In this document: positions 57,947 through 64,000 of the stretch, piece after piece
How positions within the stretch are numbered: position 1 is the first letter of the stretch
Layout of the letters: each line of letters starts with the position of its first letter
Assembly (NCBI GenBank): GCA_963764165.1
Contig: CAVXRD010000002.1
Coordinates: forward strand, 768,001-832,000
Origin: an uncultured Verrucomicrobiae bacterium
GTDB lineage: Bacteria > Verrucomicrobiota > Verrucomicrobiia > Limisphaerales > Palsa-1400
Length of the DNA stretch: 64,000 nucleotides
Direction of reading: 5' to 3'
Program-made: the position numbers and the translations under genes
Notes under the pieces: generated by a model
The model's database searches: none
The model's input: only the letters and a program-made list of their open reading frames with translations
Told to the model about the DNA's origin: nothing

Positions 57947-58603
57947 TCACTGAAACAGAATATTCTTTTCGATCAGATTGATGCGATCGCCCGGAAACAC
58001 CGGGACGTCCTTTTTCGGGTTCTTCTCAATTGCCTCGACGTCAACAATCTTCTCATCCACTTTTCCGGTCGCCTCATTGATCCGCATGATCTTGACCTTT
58101 TTCAAATTCGCGAATTCCGACGGGCCAGCCCGCAAGATCGTCTCCAAGAGCATTAAGTGTTCCCCCGGCAAAAGCGGGACGAAATTATTGCGAACCGGCC
58201 CCGTGATCACGATTTGGCCTGGCTGAACCGTTGCCGCTCCTTGCTCCAGCGTGACGGTGGCATTCTTGTAGTAGGTGGCGTCCAGCTTCTTTTTCAGTTC
58301 CTGGCGGATTTCGGAAATGGTCTTGCCGGAGGCATTGATCACGATTTCATCGTTGTAGCCCAAGCTCACCGGAAAATGGATGTTCGTGCTGAGATCAACA
58401 ATGAGGGTTAGCGGAGTGGCGCGCTGGGCTGGGTCTTCCGCCACCGCATAGGCCAGCTTGTCCTGCGGAATCACCATTTTGTTCGAGGGCGCCGCGGCGG
58501 CATTGGTGGAGGAGGATGAGGAATCGTTCGGGTCGGCGGCCAGCCGTGAGGCCAGCAGCAGCGCGCTTCCAAAGGCAAGGCATTTAATAATGGTCGATTT
58601 CAT
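57947..58603 (-). CDS. wza: Short OPX polysaccharide export protein (Poly_export plus one SLBB)
   Basis: INASGKTISEIRQEL, ANLKKVKIMR, DVPVFPGDRI; only 218 aa. Confidence 0.8.
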   Translation of the reverse strand: MKSTIIKCLAFGSALLLASRLAADPNDSSSSSTNAAAAPSNKMVIPQDKLAYAVAEDPAQRATPLTLIVDLSTNIHFPVSLGYNDEIVINASGKTISEIRQELKKKLDATYYKNATVTLEQGAATVQPGQIVITGPVRNNFVPLLPGEHLMLLETILRAGPSEFANLKKVKIMRINEATGKVDEKIVDVEAIEKNPKKDVPVFPGDRINLIEKNILFQ

Positions 58604-58606
58604 AGT

Positions 58607-59908
58607 TTAGAATTCGCGGGTGATGTCGAGGGTTAATCGGTTCTGCACGTAGTTGTTGTCTGGGAGACTGGAGTCCTTCAGCGCAAAGGAATAGCCGATG
58701 CTGGTGCTCCAAAGCCGCGTGATCTGCCGGCCCGTGCCGATGTAGAACAAGTATTGGCCCGCGTTCTCGCCTTGCGGACCGGAGCTTTGGAGCGCGTTAT
58801 AGGTGATCGAAGTGCGCAGAGTCAGGCCCGCCGAGAAGCGGGCCGATAAGCCGTACTGCATCGAAAGAATCTGGTTGTAATTGTTTTCCAGCCCCAGCAG
58901 CAGTCCGTTCGAGAGGTTGAAATCCTCGGACATGAGGCGATTGATTTTGTGCGTGATATTCAACTGCGCCGACACGTTTGCGCCCGGCTGGCTGGTGTCG
59001 CCGTAAAAGCCAGACTGCCCGAATGTCATTGTCGTGTATCCCACCGCGCCGTTGACAGATATAAATTGTGAGGGCCTGAATATAAAGTTCGGGCCGATGG
59101 TGTAGCTCTGGGCGGTCGCGGAATAGTTCGTCGAGTAATAGTTCAACCCGTAGGACGCGGCGACCCCAACCGTCAATCGCGGCGAAACGCGGTAGTAGGC
59201 CCCCACCGAAAACGTATGCGTGTTGACATCCAACTCATCGAAGTCAGAGGTCAGCGAGCGGCTGATGCCATAGCTGTAGCCTGCCGAAAAGCGCCACGTC
59301 GTGTTGGGTTCCCAGTTGAACAGGATGCCGATGGTCTCATTGAGCAGATCGAAGTTAATCAGCTCGCCTTCCGGACCGCTGATGTCAGGCCGGGAGGTGG
59401 GATCCGTCACAATGGAGAAACTATCGTAAACGCGCGCCTCAATCGGATGAACCAGCCGAAGCCGGTAATCAATGCGCGTCTTGGGATCAATGCTGAATTG
59501 GCTCACCGAAGTGTGGAACAAATACCATTGATACCCCATGTCCAGGTTCAATTCCAAAAGTTGAATCTCCGTAATTGGATAAACAAAGCCGACGGCGCCG
59601 TGCGGGTTGATCGAGATATCCGCGGCGCGGCCGTGAGCTGAGAGATTGATGTTATCATTGGCCTCAAGCTGGAGCGAGGCGCGGATGCGAGCCTCAAGCT
59701 TGCCAAACTTCAAATTGTAACGCGCCGGCTCCGGAGTCAAAAACGCGGGGGAGGGCGCCGACCGGCTAATAAAGCCGGTGTCAAGTCCCTGGCCGAAAGC
59801 GCGCGCGCTTCCCCATGCCAAGACTATCATCAAGATGGAGCGGGAAAGGAAAGACCTTCGCACTTCGTCCTTAAACCGGGACTCTCCCCAGCCAGCGCAT
59901 TTGCTCAA
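58607..59908 (-). CDS. Outer membrane beta-barrel protein of the polysaccharide export locus
   Basis: NDNI motif, amphipathic strands, C-terminal NYVQNRLTLDITREF; start uncertain. Confidence 0.8.
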   Translation of the reverse strand: MSKCAGWGESRFKDEVRRSFLSRSILMIVLAWGSARAFGQGLDTGFISRSAPSPAFLTPEPARYNLKFGKLEARIRASLQLEANDNINLSAHGRAADISINPHGAVGFVYPITEIQLLELNLDMGYQWYLFHTSVSQFSIDPKTRIDYRLRLVHPIEARVYDSFSIVTDPTSRPDISGPEGELINFDLLNETIGILFNWEPNTTWRFSAGYSYGISRSLTSDFDELDVNTHTFSVGAYYRVSPRLTVGVAASYGLNYYSTNYSATAQSYTIGPNFIFRPSQFISVNGAVGYTTMTFGQSGFYGDTSQPGANVSAQLNITHKINRLMSEDFNLSNGLLLGLENNYNQILSMQYGLSARFSAGLTLRTSITYNALQSSGPQGENAGQYLFYIGTGRQITRLWSTSIGYSFALKDSSLPDNNYVQNRLTLDITREF

Positions 59909-59944
59909 ATGACAGGCTTGGAAAAGTGTTGGGGATGGCGTGTA

Positions 59945-61678
59945 TCATTGAATTCTGCTGATGACGTGGTTGGTTTGCCCCGGCTGCGGCGGCGGTACGA
60001 CCGGCGGCGGAATCAGGCCCTCTGTGAAGGGTGTGCTCGGTGAAGGCGGCAGCAGGCCGCTCGTGAAAGGACTGGTGGGAGAGCTCGGGTTATCCGGGTT
60101 AATTTCGCCGTTGGCGCCGATAACCCAGCCGTTCAAATCGCCAATATTGAAATTGAGCGCGCGATCCGCTTGCAAGACTGGAGAATAGCCGTTCTCGGTT
60201 TCCACCGAGACATCGTTGATGTTGTCAGCGCCCGTCTTCAACGTGAAGGTGCCTTTCTTCAAGTCAAGGGTGAGGGAGACTTTGTCGCCTTCGACAACAT
60301 TGATCGTCAGGCCGTGAATCGCGTCGATAACAAGCTGAAAATTGCTGCGCAAAGCCTCCAGCGTCAAAAACCCGCCCGCCGAATACATAATTTTCGCCCT
60401 CCCGTCAGATCCGAACGACACAATGCGCTCGCTGCCAGGCTCGACTTGGGCAAAGGCAAGCGCCGAAAAAGCTTGCAGCGGCTGGCCGTTATCCCAGTTC
60501 ATCTTCAAGCGAATGCCCGCTCCAGAAGTAAGTCCGGCAATCAACCTTTTGGAATCCAGCAGCATTCCGCCCGTTTCCACGCTGCCGACGTCGTTGCCGT
60601 TGCCGTTATAGAGTTTCACCCGTCCGCCCGCCGCGGCGGTTGAGAAAATGCCCTTGGCCACCAAGGCGTATTGAAACTCAACATTGGGCTCCACGACGGC
60701 GACGCTGCGCCCGGGCAGCGATACCTGCATGGGCTCGGAGCAAAGGTTCTTGATTTCCGCCAGTTTCTTTGACTTGTCCCATAGAAGTTGCGCCTGCTGG
60801 CCGGACGTGGCAGTCACCATGAAGCCGGGAACGCCACTGACCAGTATTTGAAATTTGCCTTTGGCCGCGCTGACGTTCAGACTGCCGTCGGCGTTAAGTT
60901 TGAAACCGATGCTGCCAGTCGGCGTTTCAATGGTGGTCGGCGCCGTGTACATTTTTCCGCCGTCGGCGGAGATCTTCAGTTCGCCCCCTTGCATTCCCTC
61001 AATGGTCAGGGACATTGCCGCCCCAGGACGCTCCCAATGAGACTTGTCTTTGCCATCCGCATCCTTGCCGTCCACCCGCAGTTGCAAAGCGCCGCCCGTC
61101 ATCGAAGCACCCGGAACGGAGAGATTGACGGCATGCCCATCGGCATCAAGGGCCATTATATTCCCAGACCCTTTAAAAACAAAAGCTCCATTAGAGAGCA
61201 GATCAAGATGGCCTTTCGCTCCGCCTTTAAGTTCAATCTGGCTGCCATCGTCGCACAGCAAAAACCCCGCTCCGCCATTCCCCTTCGGCATCGATAGCTC
61301 AATCTGGCCATTTTTCAAGTCCGCCTTAATTTCAACCGGAACGCTTTGTGGAATTTCCGCCCGCCAACCTTTTGCCTCCGATGAACTTATGGAAACCTGG
61401 CCTGCGCTGCTGGATATCTCGATGCCGCCGCCTTGGGCTGGCGAAAAATCCACTCCATGGACCTGAACCCGATTGCTCGCGGAATTGGGATTATGAAGCG
61501 AGACCTCCTGGTTGTCGACGATTGCCGACAAGCCACCGTCACGGGTAACAAGCTGAACCTTGCTGCCAGTTGAACTATCCCGCGCTAGAACTTGGAAACT
61601 GACATTGCACAACAAGAACGCTGCAATCAATCCAACGGCGCACACCCGGTTCACGGATAACCTCATCGGAAGCTCCAT
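59945..61678 (-). CDS. Exported hypothetical protein, beta-rich internal repeats, Pro-rich tail
   Basis: Signal peptide; first gene of the minus-strand cluster. Confidence 0.7.
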   Translation of the reverse strand: MELPMRLSVNRVCAVGLIAAFLLCNVSFQVLARDSSTGSKVQLVTRDGGLSAIVDNQEVSLHNPNSASNRVQVHGVDFSPAQGGGIEISSSAGQVSISSSEAKGWRAEIPQSVPVEIKADLKNGQIELSMPKGNGGAGFLLCDDGSQIELKGGAKGHLDLLSNGAFVFKGSGNIMALDADGHAVNLSVPGASMTGGALQLRVDGKDADGKDKSHWERPGAAMSLTIEGMQGGELKISADGGKMYTAPTTIETPTGSIGFKLNADGSLNVSAAKGKFQILVSGVPGFMVTATSGQQAQLLWDKSKKLAEIKNLCSEPMQVSLPGRSVAVVEPNVEFQYALVAKGIFSTAAAGGRVKLYNGNGNDVGSVETGGMLLDSKRLIAGLTSGAGIRLKMNWDNGQPLQAFSALAFAQVEPGSERIVSFGSDGRAKIMYSAGGFLTLEALRSNFQLVIDAIHGLTINVVEGDKVSLTLDLKKGTFTLKTGADNINDVSVETENGYSPVLQADRALNFNIGDLNGWVIGANGEINPDNPSSPTSPFTSGLLPPSPSTPFTEGLIPPPVVPPPQPGQTNHVISRIQ

Positions 61679-61900
61679 TTAACAGCCGCATTGGAGCGCG
61701 CGCAAGGAAAAAACAGAGCGTTGCCAAGCCATGCCGTCTCTAGGCTTGACAAAGGACATTCCAGCGCCACCCATGCACCAGCTAAAACATTGATATTCAA
61801 ATACATAAATTCGACCGTTGAAATCGATTCATTTCTCGAATGGGGCGCCATCCCGTCGCAATAAACGCGGCGAAATGGGCAGATTTCTCGCCATCAATCA

Positions 61901-61916
61901 AGCAACTGCCATGCCA
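61901..61916 (-). promoter_or_regulatory. Putative sigma54 promoter for the polysaccharide cluster
   Basis: Minus strand TGGCATGGCAGTTGCT, near-consensus; TGT-N10-ACA upstream at 61965-61980. Confidence 0.6.
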
Positions 61917-62064
61917 GTTGCAGGTTCAAAGAAAATGGTTGTCAACGCATGTCGCTCTGCCTATTGTCCGCTTTACAACATCGATTTTGGCGACCGGGCG
62001 GAGAGCAAGTCTGCCAAGGATGGGCGTGATCGGTGCCGAGAAGACGCAATATTTGAAGCAAAAC

Positions 62065-63363
62065 ATGAAATTTCAGAAATGGACGGTTGGTTTGGCCACC
62101 GCTGGGCTGGTCGGCTTGGTTCCCTCCTTGGTGGCCCAAACGCCCGGGGGAGTACCCCAACTCGTTCCGATTGAAACAGCCTTGTCCGCGACCACTATCA
62201 GCGGGTATGTGGATACGTCGGCCATTTGGAATCCCGGCACCGGCAATGCCCACCCGGCCCCGTTTGCCTTCAACGCCGGAAAGCAGGACGGGTTCAATCT
62301 CGATTCGATGGATGTGAAAATCTCCCGCTCTGGCGATGATACGAAGTGGTCAGCTGGCTACGTCGCGGAACTGAATTACGGTCCAGACGCCGCGATGGAT
62401 GGCGGGGCGTATCCCATTCGCCAGGCGTTCGTTCAATTAAAAGTGCCGTTTTTCAACGGCATTGATTTCCAACTTGGGCGGTGGGACAAAACAATCGGGT
62501 TCGAGGCGAATGATTCGTACATGAATCCAAACTTCACCCGTTCTTACTCCTACACGTTTGAACCGACCGAGCACACCGGATTATTGGGCGCCTATACTTA
62601 CAAGGCGTTAACTTTTCAGTTGGGCGTGGCTGACACGGTGACGCCGAACGGATTAAATTCCCGGACTGATGGCTACGGAACGACGGTCGTCGAGAGCAAA
62701 AAGGCCCTCCTTGCCTCGGTCACGCTGACCGCGCCGGATAGCTGGGGCGGATGGAAAGGATCCACGCTCGAAGCAGGATGGGATCTGGGCCAAGGCTACA
62801 CTGACTACGGGGCTGGGTCCGGCCCAATGTACTCCTCCACCGCTCCACATAATCGTTCCGAGATTTACGTCGGCGCAAAATTCATCACGCCCATCAAAGA
62901 CCTGACCTTCGGCCTTTGCTGGGACGCGATTCAGCATAACGACATCGTAATGTACTACCAGGGCCAGCCGTTCGGGCCCGGCGATACCTTTCCCGGCGCG
63001 GTTGACGCCAGTTATTTTCAATCCATCGCAGGCTATATTTCGTATAAGCCCTTGGACCGGCTGAAGCTGAGCGGCCGTGTAGAATACGCCTCCGGGATGG
63101 GACTCGGAGTCGCGTCCGATTCGCAGAACGGCTTCGGCGTGGACTCCGCCGGCAACCTGATACCGAACCCGCTGCACCGCGTGCTCGATCTCACCGCAAC
63201 CGTCGAATACAGCATCTGGGAGAACGTCACCAGCCGCGTGGAGGTTCGCTGGGACCGCACCCTGGATGGCACCGACGCCTTCGGCGGCGACACGCTCTAC
63301 GATAGTTTGCCCAACAGCAAGAACAGCATCTTGATCGGGGCAAACGTCATATACAAATTCTAG
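62065..63363 (+). CDS. Outer membrane beta-barrel porin (BBP2/DUF1597-like)
   Basis: Signal peptide, TISGYVDTS, NPNFTRSY, EPTEHTG, C-terminal YKF. Confidence 0.85.
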   Translation: MKFQKWTVGLATAGLVGLVPSLVAQTPGGVPQLVPIETALSATTISGYVDTSAIWNPGTGNAHPAPFAFNAGKQDGFNLDSMDVKISRSGDDTKWSAGYVAELNYGPDAAMDGGAYPIRQAFVQLKVPFFNGIDFQLGRWDKTIGFEANDSYMNPNFTRSYSYTFEPTEHTGLLGAYTYKALTFQLGVADTVTPNGLNSRTDGYGTTVVESKKALLASVTLTAPDSWGGWKGSTLEAGWDLGQGYTDYGAGSGPMYSSTAPHNRSEIYVGAKFITPIKDLTFGLCWDAIQHNDIVMYYQGQPFGPGDTFPGAVDASYFQSIAGYISYKPLDRLKLSGRVEYASGMGLGVASDSQNGFGVDSAGNLIPNPLHRVLDLTATVEYSIWENVTSRVEVRWDRTLDGTDAFGGDTLYDSLPNSKNSILIGANVIYKF

Positions 63364-63369
63364 GGGGAA

Positions 63370-63392
63370 TGGGCGAAAGCCCAGCTTCGCCC
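63370..63392. terminator. Hairpin between convergent genes
   Basis: TGGGC-GAAA-GCCCA, alternatively GGGCGAA/TTCGCCC; no clear U-tract. Confidence 0.35.
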
Positions 63393-63402
63393 CCGGCGGG
63401 GA

Positions 63403-63900
63403 TCATTGAAGCGTCTTGACCGTCTCGATCTTGTCAATCAGCCAGTCGCTTTCAACCTTGCGAAAATGAAATTTCACTTCCTGCACGATCAGGTCTGATT
63501 CCCCGGCGATCTTCGCCTCCAATGTGGCATCGGCCACGGCCGATGCGTTGTCGGCGTTGACGATGACCGTGATGTCCGGGAAAGAAATGGACATGGAACG
63601 CACGGTGTTGCGCACGGCGAGGGACGCTTGCTGGATTTCGTCGCGGCCGGCAAATCGGCTTTCGTGATGGCCCGGCACGTCGATATTCACATTCACATTT
63701 GAAGCGAAATATCCGACCAGCTTCTCCGCATCCGCCACTTTTCCAATGAGACCCTGGCCGGAGCCATAGGACGCAGTGCGGGCCAGCGCCTGCAATTGCT
63801 TGCGCACCTGTTTCTCGGGGCTCGGATGCATCGCGATCCATCCCCAGACCGCTGCGCCCGCGATCAGTATCAGCAGAATGAGCTTGCTCGGTTTCACCAC
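63403..63900 (-). CDS. NTF2-like (SnoaL-like) membrane-anchored protein
   Basis: N-terminal TM; GRDEI...[10 protein letters not shown]. Confidence 0.7.
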   Translation of the reverse strand: MVKPSKLILLILIAGAAVWGWIAMHPSPEKQVRKQLQALARTASYGSGQGLIGKVADAEKLVGYFASNVNVNIDVPGHHESRFAGRDEIQQASLAVRNTVRSMSISFPDITVIVNADNASAVADATLEAKIAGESDLIVQEVKFHFRKVESDWLIDKIETVKTLQ

Positions 63901-63998
63901 AACGCCTTTCCAACAATTCGGTTTCGCTCGGTCTTGCCAAAGGAATGATATTCCTTGGGCATGTCGCGGTTATCGCCGACAACAAAATATTCGCCCGC
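63894..63998 (-). CDS. lepB: Signal peptidase I, 3' end (partial; not in the ORF track)
   Basis: Translates [21 protein letters not shown]...IVGKALW* (GDNR box E). Confidence 0.85.
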   Translation of the reverse strand, partial: AGEYFVVGDNRDMPKEYHSFGKTERNRIVGKALW

Positions 63999-64000
63999 GC

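Noticed and set aside
61720..61740. Second sigma54-like motif CGGCATGGCTTGGCA
   Set aside because: GG-to-GC spacing is 9, not 10.
1..64000. tRNA, rRNA or known riboswitches
   Set aside because: None recognised; the intergenic gaps show no cloverleaf or familiar motif by eye.

Overview
Bacterial window, probably Verrucomicrobiota (Pedosphaera/Limisphaerales-like; inferred from gene styles, not proven). Three blocks. (1) 1-8.1 kb: a polymorphic Rhs toxin/immunity array in which every cassette is followed by a 340-440 bp direct repeat (4 copies). The repeat starts within 9 nt of each immunity stop codon, carries variably present 30-bp palindromic mini-elements, and ends in a signal-peptide coding segment (MIWRVI...AxA-xLPRHS) fused in frame to differently truncated Rhs cores. 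This is the most novel-looking system here. (2) 8.1-22.9 kb: a NusG paralog, a DUF2723/TMEM260-like TPR membrane protein, a 1574-aa Ig-repeat/Cys-rich secreted protein, and a divergent autotransporter-repeat protein with a PEP-CTERM-like tail followed by a WcaJ-type priming transferase. (3) 22.9-61.7 kb, minus strand: a large polysaccharide cluster (short OPX plus beta-barrel, Wzc, O-antigen-ligase-like protein, Wzm/Wzt, Wzy-like protein, many GTs including a fungal-type Kre2/GT15 and a NodZ-type fucosyltransferase), interrupted by a hipBA remnant. A porin, an NTF2-like protein and the 3' end of signal peptidase I close the window. All family calls come from motif recognition by eye; no searches were run.
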